Shown in pieces: positions 39,966-53,776 of a stretch of DNA of 64,000 nucleotides. The translations under genes were made by a program, and so were the position numbers. Each line of letters starts with the position of its first letter. Position 1 is the first letter of the stretch. Origin of the DNA: Octopus sinensis (lineage: Eukaryota); assembly GCF_006345805.1 (NCBI RefSeq), contig NW_021833024.1, positions 285,645 through 349,644 on the forward strand, in the 5' to 3' direction. The notes beneath the pieces were generated by a model, which saw nothing but the letters and a program-made list of their open reading frames with translations, had not been told where the DNA came from and did not search any database.

Positions 39966-40700
39966 AAGAGTTTGAATTCATCTTCTTTATCTTACACATT
40001 TCCTTTTTTAAAGAGTAAGGCAATGACCGTTGACCATTTAGCCACGAAGTGCGGGAGTATGCTTTACCATGATTACACATGGAGGCATAACGAGGTGGTG
40101 AGGTCCCTCCATCTTTTGCTCTGCAATAAGTACGGCTTGAGGCGGTCCAGAAAGTTGCGAACCCATCGAGTTCAATCGGTGTGTGAGAACTCGCGGTGTG
40201 CATTAAGGTGGATACCCCCATACGCACCTCGATTGTTGTCCAGCACAACAGACCCGACATTGTGGTCCACGATAAGGTCACCGGGGAGATTGTTATCGTG
40301 GAGGTGGGCATCACGTGCCTAGACCGTTTGCAGATAGTGGAAGTGGAGAAAAGAGGAAGTATGACCTCCTTGCAAACGAGCTAGGACTGATGCACCAGTG
40401 CAAAGTCCATGTCATCCCGTGTGTGATGACATGGGATGGACTGGTCACCAAATACCACAAGCGGTACTTAAGACAGTTGATGTAGATAAGTCTCTACAGG
40501 CTTATATACAGTCAACTGTTCTTAAGAGGACTCTGGAGAGTGTCTCGTTTGATGCTCGCCGATCCAGCCCTTCCTGACGTTTAGTCAGCAAGAGGCGCTG
40601 GACTGCACCTTCTCGAAGGTCTACAGTGCCAGAGAAGAAGAGGAAGAAGGGGAGGAGGTGCGTGGAGTGCCGCCTTCTGCTCACTTCGAAGGCTCTGGAC
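39963..40700 (+). mobile_element. R4/R2-like non-LTR retrotransposon 3' part (CCHC plus RLE domain), frameshifted
   Basis: HLATKCGSML..DYTWRHNEVVRSLHLLLC; VDTPIRTSIVVQHNRPDIVVHDK...IVEVGIT; KRKYDLLANEL; TWDGLVTKYH; STVLKRTLES. Confidence 0.85.
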
Positions 40701-41369
40701 TTAGTAAAATTACTTAGTTAATTAGTTTCTTTCTCATAATAAAATTTATAAAATCAGGCTTTTAAATAAATACGATTTCTATTGTTTTTATTTTTATTTA
40801 TTTTTGTTTTTGAATAAAAATCATTTATTTCACAAAAATTTGATTTAAATCAAAAAAATCTAGTTTAAATAAAAAAACTGTTTTTTTAAATTTTTTTAAT
40901 AAAAATCATGATTTTTAACAACCCTGCTCACTTGCCTTCAATATTGAATTTAATATTTGTATGTTCACACAAATTTGATGTGTTCATTATTCTTTAATAG
41001 TGAACACTAAAATATTTAAATAAATGCTCTTATACATTTATAAAAGTGATATTCCATTTATAATTACTAACTAATTACTTTACTCGTTATCCGCCAACAT
41101 TTTTCCTGCATCTTAAGAGTGGTTACACAATGGTTCTTTTTGTGTCTCATAAGATCTGTTTTGCATAAATAGAGTCCATTTCCCGGCTTAAATTGTATTA
41201 TGAAAGGAGACCATCATCCTGATTTGCAGCTTAATATTTTCAAAGTCAAAAGGTTTTATGTCAATCAATCTAATATAATAATTATATAGTGATAATGCGT
41301 ATTTATTTTTTGTATGAAACAAATTTTCAATATTTAGTTTTGCTTTTTATAGATTAATTCAAATTGGAT

Positions 41370-41490
41370 GACCGCGGTGACCCGTGTGAGCACCGGTATT
41401 TAACCGAACGAAAATCTATAGCCATAGTCAGAGGCAATACTCTGGCTATCTGCCAATGACGATTTTTCTCTTGTCCTTTTATTAATAAAT
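41370..41490 (+). mobile_element. Short CRE-like 3' fragment
   Basis: KSIAIVRGNTLAICQ*; flanked by near-identical TTAATTCAAATTG / TTAATCCAAATTG (possible TSD). Confidence 0.55.
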
Positions 41491-41582
41491 AAAGACGATT
41501 AATCCAAATTGAGATTGGAAATAACCAAATTAAATAAAAAAATTAATAAGCAGTATAACTTTTTTCAGTATATTTACAACTA

Positions 41583-42918
<1,336 letters not shown>

Positions 42919-43019
42919 TTTCAAGCAGAAATATTGTTTTCGGTAAATTATTCATTTAAGGAGAGAGTATTGAGGCGAATAAATTTGTGGTTAGTTTTTA
43001 GTACAATTAGTCAGCAGCA

Positions 43020-43335
43020 GCTTAAAAAACCTAAGAAAGTTTTACTTGTTTTGGTGTGTGTGCATGTACGTTTTCAAACACTTAAGGAAAGCGAAACCTA
43101 TGAGTCTTCTTCCAAATAAATATAGTTTAAAAAAGAGAGAACCGTGTTCTATGGGACCTCATAATGCCACGAGAGCTAATGGAGTTAAAAATATATTGTC
43201 AGTGATGCTGTTTAAACTAACTTGCTGCAAGGTGCTCAGTTTATGCCAAGTAAAGAGCATGGCTAGACAAAATAACAATGTGGAAAGGAGATGCGATTCT
43301 GGCCGAGTGCAAGGTGACGTAGGCATAGAATTCTG
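43020..43335 (+). mobile_element. R4/R2-like element 5' fragment
   Basis: Homologous to the 5' end at 11032-11259. Confidence 0.55.
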
Positions 43336-43749
43336 AAATTCACTTTCATTTGTGTCGAGAATTTGGACTCAAGAAAGATAAAAAGCTCAAAACACATTCG
43401 GTAGAATCTGCAAATGAGAAAGTTGAAATCAGAGTGAGCACGTTTATTGTCTGACATTTTATAACATAACAAACCCTATTTTTTGTTTTCGAAAAATAAG
43501 GAATCAAATTTTTTCGGATGAATTTGAGTTAAAGTCTTCCCAAAATTTACAGCAAGTAAAAATTGAGAATATGACCTTTGATCTAAAGAGCTAGAATTAA
43601 TTTATCATGCAAGGGTAAAAATAATATACATTTTATTAACATGGGATGGACTTGTAACTCAAAAATAACTACATTTGCACGTTCGATTAACATAAGTGAG
43701 ATAACATATGCATACATGGTGTGATCCTTGTAGATCTGCCGGCTTTTAG

Positions 43750-44300
43750 CCGTCGCTGCTGGAAGTCTTACCCCGAGGGACTATTGTGGGGAAATTCTTC
43801 TGTAGATACGATCTGGCGACTCCATTAGAGCGCTTAGATTGACCAGATAAATAGCTCTTATATTTGGTATGATCAAAAACCACCAAGTCACAATCTCACG
43901 ACAACACAAACCCCTGACAGAAAAAATCAAAAACACACCAACACGCCAATACTGCCTTATCCTAAACTCATTCTTTATCAAAAAAGAACTAATAACAAAA
44001 TCCTCTTTGAACGCACTAACCGCAAACAAAATCCTCATCAATCACCCTTAAAAATAAATTCAGCTGAAAAAGATCTCAGCCACAAAGATCGGGTCGAACT
44101 TGCAAAATTTCGCTGTGGGCATCACCCTTTACTCCTCTACCATCAAAACAAACTGGATAAGGGAATTAATCCGTCATGTCCAATCTGGCATGACGAACGA
44201 CACACAGTAACGCACGTCGTCCTGGATTGAAAAAACCCCACCGTTATAAGAAGATCATATAAGATTAATCCCCTCCTTAACTTATGGTGTGACCTTAACA
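43750..44300 (+). mobile_element. LINE 3' remnant (RT C-terminus and Cys/His-rich tail)
   Basis: CGHHPLLLYHQNKLDKGINPSCPI..DERHTVTHVVL resembles the terminal CCHC region of APE-type LINEs. Confidence 0.55.
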
Positions 44301-44306
44301 GGTCTG

Positions 44307-44700
44307 TCAATTTTCTTCGTGGCGCATTCCTCCTAATTTCACTTTGAAATATTTATTTTTCTTATCTTCTTCATCAATTATCGTTACGAGTTTTTGATCC
44401 CTATCTTTCACAATATATTTTTGTGCAAATATCTCGCCGTATAATGAATATTTTCTATAACTCAAGTTTGAATCCACATCATGGCGTATTAAAACTTTAT
44501 CGCCACTTTCAACTTCGTCATATCTCCATTTTCTCTGCTTTTTCATCTTTTCTCCCGATTTTCTAATATTTGCATGGTTATTTTCCTTTTTCACAACTTC
44601 GGAATTTGTTAGATTTTTATTTCGTTCCCCTAAATCTATGCCGAATAAGAAATCAAAAGGCGTTTGTTTTGTAGTCTGGTGTTTCCTTTTTTCACAACAT
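44307..44700 (-). mobile_element. Ginger-like integrase C-terminal remnant
   Basis: TTKQTPFDFLFG and GDKVLIRHD...KYIVK, typical of the integrase C-terminal region. Confidence 0.5.
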
Positions 44701-45399
44701 CATAATTCGTTAGATTTTTATATAATCAAGCATTGACAAGTGGTGTGGCTGATGGAAAAAGAAAGAACTAAAAATTAGACAAAACTTTTTTAACACTGTG
44801 ATTCATGAACTATCTGGTTTTTATTTCATTTATAATTTAGGTGAACACAATGTGGTTTGTCGAAAACGACTTCAAGATCTAGGCCAAATTTAACATTTAT
44901 ACGGATTTGACAAATATGTGGTACAAAATAGCACCACATGAAAATTACTGTTGTGCTTAAAGCTAATAATCCTTCGACTAGATCTATTAAGATTTCAACA
45001 CATTATGCAACATGAAATTGATCAAGAAGGCACGATTTTCTACTGAATTTCAAAGTCGAATTAGAAACTGTATCTCATCCTGGTGCTAACACTTGCACAG
45101 GAACATCAATATTTTACAAAAAGTCTATTGATATTCTAATTCCGAGAATAATTGAACAGGATGATTGTTATTATTATTATTTAAGCCAAACAAAATCACC
45201 GTCTTAACCATTAACTAACGTGTTCAGGTGATTCCGACACTTCTCAACAGTCGAGCCATCTTTTCACGATGTTCAGACCGTGACCCCACACACTTTCTGT
45301 ATGTACGATGAATGGTTTGTGGTCCATTTCCACGATCCCCCCCATTTGCCTCTACGAGAGACTCCAGTGTTCGATGGACAACAGGATAATTGTGAATTG

Positions 45400-45850
45400 C
45401 CATTAATTAATTAAAAACTTATATTGGACAGATAACCAAAAGGTTTGAAAGACTATTTGTCGATTGTCGAAAATTTTATGAAAGGAAATGAAAATCTAAT
45501 TCTTGTTGGAGACTTAAATGCAAAGCATACTGCTTATGTGTGGGGAAGTCAAATCATGATGGAAATTGCTTATTAGAGATTAAAAAATCTTCAAATTTGA
45601 ATGTCTGAGGAGCTTAACGACTTTCAGCATCAAAATGGTGATCTATTAGGATTGCTTATTGTTGCAAATTCTTTAAGTGATTTGTGTGACCGGCTTTATG
45701 TTGAAAATGACTTGGGAAGTCACCATCTTCCACAAACGATAAAATTACGAACAGTTACAGTTTTCACTGAGGATGTATTTTTTGGTTATAATATCAGCAA
45801 CATTGATTGAAATCATTCTAATTTTTATGTCTATGAAATTGGCAAATACT
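45400..45850 (+). mobile_element. LINE apurinic endonuclease remnant
   Basis: LILVGDLNAKHTAYVWGS and ENDLGSHHLP (GDxNAxH and SDH-like motifs). Confidence 0.7.
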
Positions 45851-46103
45851 TAAGAATTGATAGTAAATCTTGATGGGATCAATTATTTGGATTAAAAAAT
45901 AAGAAATATTATTCTAAAATATCATTTCGAGTAGACCGTAATTTTTTCTGACAGTTGACTAATCATTCCATCTTTCAAAAATAAAAACTAATTTTTATTT
46001 ATCAATGAAAATGGATGATGACTATATATTATTTATTAACACGAGATTTTTATCTCATATTTAATTGACAGCGAAATTAACAAATTTTGTATATAAAAAA
46101 GAA

Positions 46104-46388
46104 TTAATATTTATTTTTATCTAAAATTCCCTTTAAAAAATTAATTTTCATTTTTTGCATTTCAATTTGTTGTTCCAACTTTAAAATGTCATTTAAAAGA
46201 GAATATTTTTGTGCTTCAAGGCCGATAATGAATTCGGATTTTCTCGAACGAGAATCTGATGCATATTTTCTATTTTTGAGGACTCTCCGTCGGTACCTCA
46301 GGTGATCAGCAGTTTCTGGTGGGATAGATTTCAGCATTTCGTTAAACTCCCGGATACTCAAATCGATTAAATCACTTTCATTCAGCAT
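46104..46388 (-). CDS. Minimal small-Maf-like bZIP transcription factor (about 94 aa from the ATG at 46388)
   Basis: Extended homology region SDLIDLSIREFNEML, basic region RRRVLKNRKYASDSR, leucine zipper; an additional upstream exon cannot be excluded. Confidence 0.85.
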   Translation of the reverse strand: MLNESDLIDLSIREFNEMLKSIPPETADHLRYRRRVLKNRKYASDSRSRKSEFIIGLEAQKYSLLNDILKLEQQIEMQKMKINFLKGILDKNKY

Positions 46389-47023
46389 AAAGTCACTAAA
46401 ACCGTCAAAATTAACCACAAAATATTTTTAAAATTATAAATAAAAAATTTCTCTTACTAATCAAAATTTTATAATTTTTTTATTGAGAAAAAATACTAAA
46501 TTCTGTTTCAAGTAATTTAAAGTAACAATTCCTAACCGTGGTGCGAGATCTTTTATATTTATAGTAATTTTTTTAAAAAGCAAATTTCTTTAAATGTTTT
46601 AGGATGGACAATAATAATGGAATTTTGGTGGTCTAATAAATCTTATCTGATATATGATCATCTGATACATTTTATCAAAACTAATAGGCTTATAAAAATA
46701 TATTTTGTCCAAATTAGTAAAACAATAAACATTTTTACTCACCTTATTTAGTTTTTTAATCTCCAAGCTGAAAAAAGAATTGTTTGACTGTTCCAGTGGA
46801 GAATAGAAATCGAAATTCTTTTCCAGAGTTATGATGATTACTGTCGCTCATTTCAAGAGAAGCTACCCTTCTCTTAATATTGTAGGTGAAGGCCGTCTTG
46901 AGATTCCCAGAGACCCTGAGATTTGAATATGACTGGCAGAAAAAGTTGATGGTTCGAAAGAACTTGTTATTTAATTTTCACACGCTTCGCTGCATTTCCA
47001 GAAAATAATAGTTTTTAAAAACA

Positions 47024-47096
47024 GGCTCTATGGCCTAATGGATAAGGCGTCGGCCTCCGGAGCCGAAGGTTGTGGGTTCGAGTCCCACTAGAGTCG
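47024..47096 (+). tRNA. tRNA-Arg(CCG)
   Basis: Acceptor stem GGCTCTA/TAGAGTC, D arm GCCT/AGGC, anticodon arm TCGGC-CTCCGGA-GCCGA, T arm GTGGG-TTCGAGT-CCCAC; downstream T-run Pol III terminator. Confidence 0.97.
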
Positions 47097-47169
47097 CTTT
47101 ATGCATTTTTATATAAAACTCATTATTTGAACTATTTGCTCTCACTTTGCGTTTCTCAACCGCGTTCTT

Positions 47170-47287
47170 TTATAAAGAGCCTGGAGGTCAGCTTAAAGTC
47201 GCCGCACTGCGTATCGAGTGGCAGTTTCCGCGGAGCACCGCGACCGAGATTCGCTGGAAGAGCCAGCTCGTCTCCCTCCGGTCGTTA
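47170..47287 (-). mobile_element. 5'-truncated CRE-like insertion (118 bp) with 12-bp TSD
   Basis: NDRRETSWLFQRISVAVLRGNC; direct repeat AACCGCGTTCTT at 47158-47169 and 47288-47299. Confidence 0.85.
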
Positions 47288-47369
47288 AACCGCGTTCTTA
47301 GAAACTTTAAAGTTTTCTAGAATTTTGAAAAAATTTATTCATAAGATTTATGATGAAAGACGATCTCGA

Positions 47370-47990
47370 TCTGCGAGCTTTACCAGAGAAGGGTTAGATC
47401 CTCTTCAAAATGATAGCTTGCGCGTTCCTACGCATGATTGTATCCGAGAAAAATAATTTTTGATACTGCCGCTTCAGTTATATTAATTCGTAGTTATAAA
47501 GTTGTTTTACTGACTCTTGAAAAAAATGACTTAATAATTTTTTTAAAAAATGGAATAATACCATCCGTAATTTTTCAGGATAAGAGGAACTTTGAGGAAC
47601 TTGGAATTCTTGACAATGACTAGGCCATCAAGTTGATCAAGTAGAAGAAATCCTTTTTAATTTAGTCCAATCGAGCTTTTCGAGTTCATGTAAATATTGA
47701 TCAGTCTTCTAGTTGAGACCGTTATAGCTGTCAGCTCAATCACTGGGTCATTATTGATTAGCGACTAGGCTCGTGAAGTAGAGTTAGTGAAAAGGATTAG
47801 TTTTTTGATAAGAGTTAAAAGATCGCCGCCATTTACAGAGTCTGGTCTGTCTTTCCGGATGTATGAGTAACCGGGGAAAACGGGCAAACAGTTTTTAAAT
47901 GAGAGCTTCGTTTCTTTCACCAAAACAATGTCCACATCATACTTTTACATTAAAGAACATTCGCTTTTTTAACATTTTTTGTTCGGCGAC
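47370..47990 (-). mobile_element. LINE apurinic endonuclease remnant
   Basis: DVDIVLVKETKLS...FPGYSYIRKDRPD..NGG motif series. Confidence 0.65.
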
Positions 47991-48030
47991 ATTTTTTGTT
48001 TGGTATGCAATGCCATTTTCTTTTGTTATA

Positions 48031-49008
48031 CAGCGATACAAATAAAAAACGGAACAGCCAATTTCTCAATTTCTTTCTATATAATGCTTAATTTCTTTTA
48101 ATAAAAAATCGAATTTCAAATAATCTTAACTTTTGCCTTTTATAAAAATCCAAACGTCAAAGATTTTAATATGTATTTAAACCAAATTTTTTTCAAACAA
48201 AATAAAAAAGAGAACAATGGTAGTTCAAAATTTAGTATGACCCCCCTGAGCATTAATTGCGTCTAAAATTCTGTTCCGCATTGTTCCAACAAGGGATGTC
48301 GCATATTCTATTGAAAGATCATTCCAAATATTTTTTAATTCCTCAAATAGGTCACTCTTTTATTTTATGTTTCATGAAGGCCCACATGTGCTCGATTGGA
48401 TTCAAATCGGGACTTTGAGGAGGCCATTGTAATAACTCAATTCGGTGTTCATTAAAAAAATCTTTAGCCACTTTGCATGTGTGCTTTGGATCCGAACATT
48501 TTACGGAATTGAAATCAACGTCAGTTTTTTGTTCACGTTGAATTATTCCGAGATCATCAGAGTTAAGTTTAAATCTTCGTCCTGAGCCTTTTTTTCTCTG
48601 GAAGGAATCATTCATGGTGAAGTTTCGAATGACTCTCGAGATGGCACTCAGAGATCTTCCGGTAAAATTTCTTATTTCCTATATGACTTTCCGACTTTAT
48701 AATACGTAATAATTTCTGCTTTTTGTTGTAATGTAAGTTGTAAAACCATGTAACAAGAATCAACACGTGTAATAAAATAAAAAATGGTTTAAAAAACTGT
48801 AAAAATAGAGAATTTTATTTTGTTCTCTTTTTTATTTTGTTTGGACAAAACTGGATTTAATTACGGTCCGAAATATAAGTTGTTTTTATTTTTTTAAAGG
48901 CTAAAGTTATGTTTGTCTTCTAAAAATTCTATTTTTGTTAAAATAAATCAATCATTCAATAGAAACAAATCGAGAAAATGAGTGTTCCGTTTTTTATTTG
49001 TATCGCTG
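48031..49008 (-). mobile_element. Internally deleted Tc1-like transposon (978 bp)
   Basis: Perfect 26-bp TIR CAGCGATACAAATAAAAAACGGAACA with TA TSDs; WPPQSPDLNPIEHMW motif in ORF 48352-48615. Confidence 0.92.
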
Positions 49009-49019
49009 TATCATATGAT

Positions 49020-50130
49020 CCCCAAAACCACTCAAGATAATTGTCGATATCTGTTAGCTCTTCTTCGTTCCAAATATCTATTTCTTTAAAAAGCTCATTT
49101 ATTTCTAATTCGTATAATGATCGTTTATAGTTTCTTCAACAGATGCACCAAACATCAATTTGAACGGTGCATAGTTAGTTGTGGAATGCTTGTAATGCAC
49201 CGGCATCTGTGTTCCTTACAAACGTCAAACCCAAACGTTGTGCAACACCGATTTTCACACAATTGTCGTCCATAAGCGTACCAAATGCGTGGAGCCAACC
49301 ATGTTCGTCGAAGTGAATGTTCAAGAGCGATTCAGTTGAATTCCTAAAGAAAATATTGCTGACAAGTTTTTATTTTGTTTGGAGCCTGAAGGACAGACTT
49401 TAAATTCACTGATTGGTCATTTCATTCCGAATTTGTACTCTTATTAAGAAATATTTTCCAGATATTGTAGCGAGACATTGCATTGCATAAATATGCACTC
49501 TGTTCAAAAATAATATTTTGTAATTATAAAATACAGACAAATCAAAATCATGATTGTAATTTTTTGGAACAACGGGAATTAATAAAGAATAAGATACAAT
49601 TCTCATATTCAAAGAATTTACTCGATTGTACTATTACAATTTTTTTCAACATCTATTTCTTTGTCATCAAATTTTGTGAAATGGTTCGTGAAAATTTTCT
49701 TCTATCTTGTTAGTGAAGGGGATATTCAAACTCAAATGTGCCTTAGAACCACATCAAGACTTTATTTGATATATATAGAGTTTGCATTTGTTTACTTTGT
49801 ATACTTTTGTCCGATTCAAAAGTTCTTTCTCACGATTTAACTCTGTTTTAATAAGAAAAATTATGTTTTCTTATCGATGTCAAGCGATCGTGCATATTGT
49901 CGGAATTTTTGAGTTACAAGTCCATTTCATGTTAATACAATACGTACTTTACTCTTGCATGATAAATCAATTCTGGCTCTTTAGATAAAATGTGATATTT
50001 TCTCATTTTTCAATCTCCATTTGCTGTAAATTTTGGGAAGATTTTATCCCAACTTGAGTCCAAATTCTTGACGCAAAAGAAAGTGAATTCATCTAACTAC
50101 TTTATCGTGTCTCTTAATATGATCTACATG
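49020..50130 (-). mobile_element. Mixed debris: integrase C-terminus (about 49020-49330) and R4-like RLE fragment (about 49780-50130)
   Basis: HSTTNYAPFKLMFG; ELIYHARVK...GLVTQK similar to 43560-43700 and 40400-40500. Confidence 0.5.
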
Positions 50131-50532
50131 TAACATCTTTTAACATCTAGCGGCACAGTGATTGACGTTTGTACATTTTTTACTTATTATAAACCAAGAA
50201 TAATTTACTATAACATGAAATTGTCGTTTTTAAACTAAAATTTTAGCGTATTTTTTGAAGTCCAATTTATAAATGAATATTTTTACCCAACTTCCATCGG
50301 AGAAAATTTATAACAAAAAGTATTTTAACAAAAGCACTCTTACTAAAAATTTAATGCTTGTTAACGTAAATTTATAATTATTTATGGGAAATACGGGAAC
50401 TGTTCTATTAATTAGTCAATAAATTGCCGATAATTAACTGATTACTGTTTTCCCATGAAATGAACGTGCCAATGAGCAATTAATAACCAATAAAGTGTTT
50501 TGTTTTATTTTGACGTTTTTTGCCGAATATTT

Positions 50533-50893
50533 ATGGGAAATAATTTCAATTCTTCGATGGAATCCGACAAAGTCAAAGTCGAAAAATATTTGGTAGAGAG
50601 AAAAAGAAGGGCACGGGTTAATCGCAGCATCGTTGAACTGGGAAGAATATTGTCAGACCTTTGTCCTTATCGTGTATAAATGAATATTTTATTTTAGCAA
50701 AAATATCGTGGGAAAATCGAAAAAGCAGTTCTGTTAGAGCACGCTGTAACATACATGAGGTTTATTCGAGATTTGCATAAATATCCCAACAACATTACGT
50801 AATCATTAGCCTGCTATGCATAGAACTGTGGAAAACTTGCAAACATGTGTAAAACGAGAAACAAAAAAAATATGGAGACCCTGGCAGCTCTGA
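50533..50893 (+). CDS. HES: Miniature Hairy/E(spl) bHLH repressor with WRPW; exons 50533-50673, 50698-50798, 50824-50893
   Basis: LVERKRRARVNRSIVEL...KIEKAVLLEHAVTYMR. Removing 24-nt and 25-nt GT-AG introns gives a 103-aa protein ending KKIWRPWQL*. Confidence 0.85.
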
Positions 50894-51813
50894 AAACTGT
50901 TATGATTTCAATTCTTTAAAAACTACCTTTAATTTAAATAATTTTTATTCATATTTTTCATTTAATGATTATCTGTTGACGCGGTTCTTGAAAATTGTCT
51001 TCAAAACAAAATGTCACAAAAAAAGACCATAGCTCATTTTAAAGCTTTTTGTATTGTAATGCAGTAGCTACAGAGCCAACCTGAAATAGAAACAATTTGT
51101 TGATATTTGTCTTTCTTTGAAGCAGTAGACTGAAAAGTGACTGAGACTGAAAAGTGACTGACTGAGTGAGTCCAGTAGACATCAATTAGAAAAATGTTGT
51201 TTAAATGTACGATTTAAATGGATAAAACAATTTGAAACATCGTCTTATATTTACTATATTTTTTACTTAAAAAATCAATCTATAAAATAATTTTTTTCAA
51301 GTTTTAATCCAATGTAAAATCTAATCTTTTCCTCATTTCTAATGACTAGTCGTTCAAATTTTTTATCAACACTGAGTCAATAGTTCTTTTCTTGACTTAG
51401 AAAAAAATATGACATGAAAATACGCAACTAAAGTATTATTTCATTTACGAATTTTTTTAAATTAAATAATGATAAATAGAAAAGATTAGATGCTAGCTAG
51501 AGTTAAAAGAATAGTCGAGAGCCTAAGGGTCAGCTCAACGACACCGCAATGCGTATTGAGTAGGAGTTTCCGCAAACTAGGGAAACCGAGATTCGCTAAA
51601 AGAGTCAGTTCTTCTACCAATGTCAGTGAAAAGTTGAATCGCGGTCTTGCCGACAATTCCTGAGGTTTCAAAGACAAGGTGGGGACGAACTCAAAAGAGT
51701 TCGGATTTTGTCCTCAAATATAAGCGGAATCCATAAGTTGAAATCAGTTGTGATTTCAGATCAAAAATGCCGTGATGTTTTTGACATTATGACTATAAAT
51801 GCTTCATTTAGTA

Positions 51814-52203
51814 TTTTTTTTTTTTTTATATGTAATTAACAAATAGTTATTAACTAACTAAATTCCCGGCATCGTAAATGGAAACACAGTTTCCACGTAC
51901 TATGGCCAAGGAAATCCTTCCGAAAAGCCACTTGGACTCGCGTGGGTCTCCCCGTTTATGGAGATCATGCGGCCAAGCTTTTTTAGAAAGGAAAGAGACT
52001 TTTCGCCGATGACGCCGGAAGTCTCGACGGCGATGGGAGTGAACAGATACCGTTCAGAGAGCTCCTTGTACTTTCCAATCTTCATCTTCTCGGTTTTGCG
52101 AGAGACTGAGCCAGGCTCGACAGCTGAAGAAGGAAGTTGAGCTCCGAGAAAGTGTCTGAACACGTCGCATCCCATAACAGAGACTTGCCGAACTCAAACG
52201 GGA
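51814..52203 (-). mobile_element. 5'-truncated CRE-like insertion with poly(A) tail and TSD
   Basis: KYKELSERYLFTPIAVETSGVIG; 14-nt poly(A) (T-run 51814-51827); TSD ATTTAGTA at 51806-51813 and 52204-52211. Confidence 0.88.
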
Positions 52204-52465
52204 ATTTAGTATTATAATTCACAATGAGCTTGAATGGCTAATTCTATATTTATGGATTAGTTGATCAATTTTTAATATTCAGCTCAAAAAGAAAAAAAAG
52301 AATTGTACTATTGATTGACAACTTGAAATCAATATTAATAATACAACAATCAGAAAAACAGGCATTCTCGATCTTTTCAAAGTTGAAAATTTTTTAAGCA
52401 TTCAATACACGGAAAATGAAACATTTATTGAAAATCAAAATTCTTTGAAGATTAAGAAAATAGTA

Positions 52466-53776
52466 TGTCACGAGCCCGGCGCGTTACCGAGCCGGACGCT
52501 TTACACCTGTGTTTTTTTCTGTTAAAATTTTTTTTTAATCTTTAATTTGTTAATTTCTTGTCAAATACTATAACTAATTTTAATAAATCAAATAAATTAT
52601 ATTATTTATTTGGCTAGCCTATAATCCAAGAATGAATAAAGAAAATAAGCGTGTATTTATCTTGTTAATGTCTCGTTCATTCATCAAAAATTCCGAAGAA
52701 TACGACTTTTTGTGTCGAATTTTGGATTCTGAAACATGTTCTCATAAATCTAGACAGCGTAATTACCGATTGAGAAAGAAGGCGGAAAAATTTATTCTTA
52801 TTAATGGACGACTTTATCTGAGACAACCGTATGGAGATCATAAGCTGGTTATTTCCACAGACAACACTCAAGAGATGTATTTGGTCGCGAAGCAGATCCA
52901 CAACATATCGCATTGTGGACACAATAGCTTGGAATACCATTGCATGCGAAGTTACTTCGGAATAAAAAGGGAAATTATTCGGAAAGTAGTGTCAGATTGT
53001 GCAGTGTGTCGTTTTTCCACACCATTAAAAGTTGGCGATGAGCAAAATCATATTGTTGCAAATCTTCCAAATAAAAGATATCAGATAGATTTGATAGATC
53101 TAAGGAGGTAGAAAATTTTAAAATTTATTTTTATCAGATTCTGGAAAATTGGAGTATCTCGGAGTATCGATAGACCGAAGAGGATCTTTTAAAGATCATA
53201 TCAAAACACGAAGAGAGAAAGCTACAGGAATGTTGAAATCCTTAACTCGATTTCATTTGGAGCCTGAAATTTTCCTTTTTGTGTATTCTACATGTATTGA
53301 GCCATTCTTGATATATGGCTATCAAGGATGGTATAGGTCCGAAGAAAGTAGCATTTTTGTGAAAAAGTTGGAAAAGACCAGAAGATTTGCTATTAAATTG
53401 GCATTTGGATTGAACTTAAATTCAAAAATCGAAGATGCTTATGACGCTAAAGTCAAAAAGATAGAAGATTTGTTACGTCACTTATGGAAATTATGATGTA
53501 ATTCTTTTGGGTATATGCGAAGAAGAGACATGTGGTGTCTCATAAAATGACCCTATACAATGAAATCAAACCCACGTTAATTAGTTTCTTGTTCTGCTCT
53601 TGGCTTTCTCCCTAACTTTAATTTATGGGTTTGTTGGGAAATAAAACTTGTCTTGTCTCTATTTGTCAATTTATACATTTTTTATTGACAAAATCACCTG
53701 AGAATTTTATGGTCAATTTTTTTCTAAGTCCACAGGTGTAACGCGTCCGGCTCGGTAGCTTATTCAGCTCGTGACA
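52466..53776 (+). mobile_element. Ginger-like DNA transposon (1311 bp) with integrase ORF, interrupted by a LINE fragment
   Basis: Bipartite 46-bp TIR TGTCACGAGC-N9-TACCGAGCCGGACGC(T/G)TTACACCTGTG and TSD TAGTA on both sides. ORF 52632-53111 has HHCC (HNISHCG...CAVC) and RYQIDLIDLRR, followed by a 30-nt GT-AG intron. LINE RT tail at 53149-53496. Confidence 0.9.
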
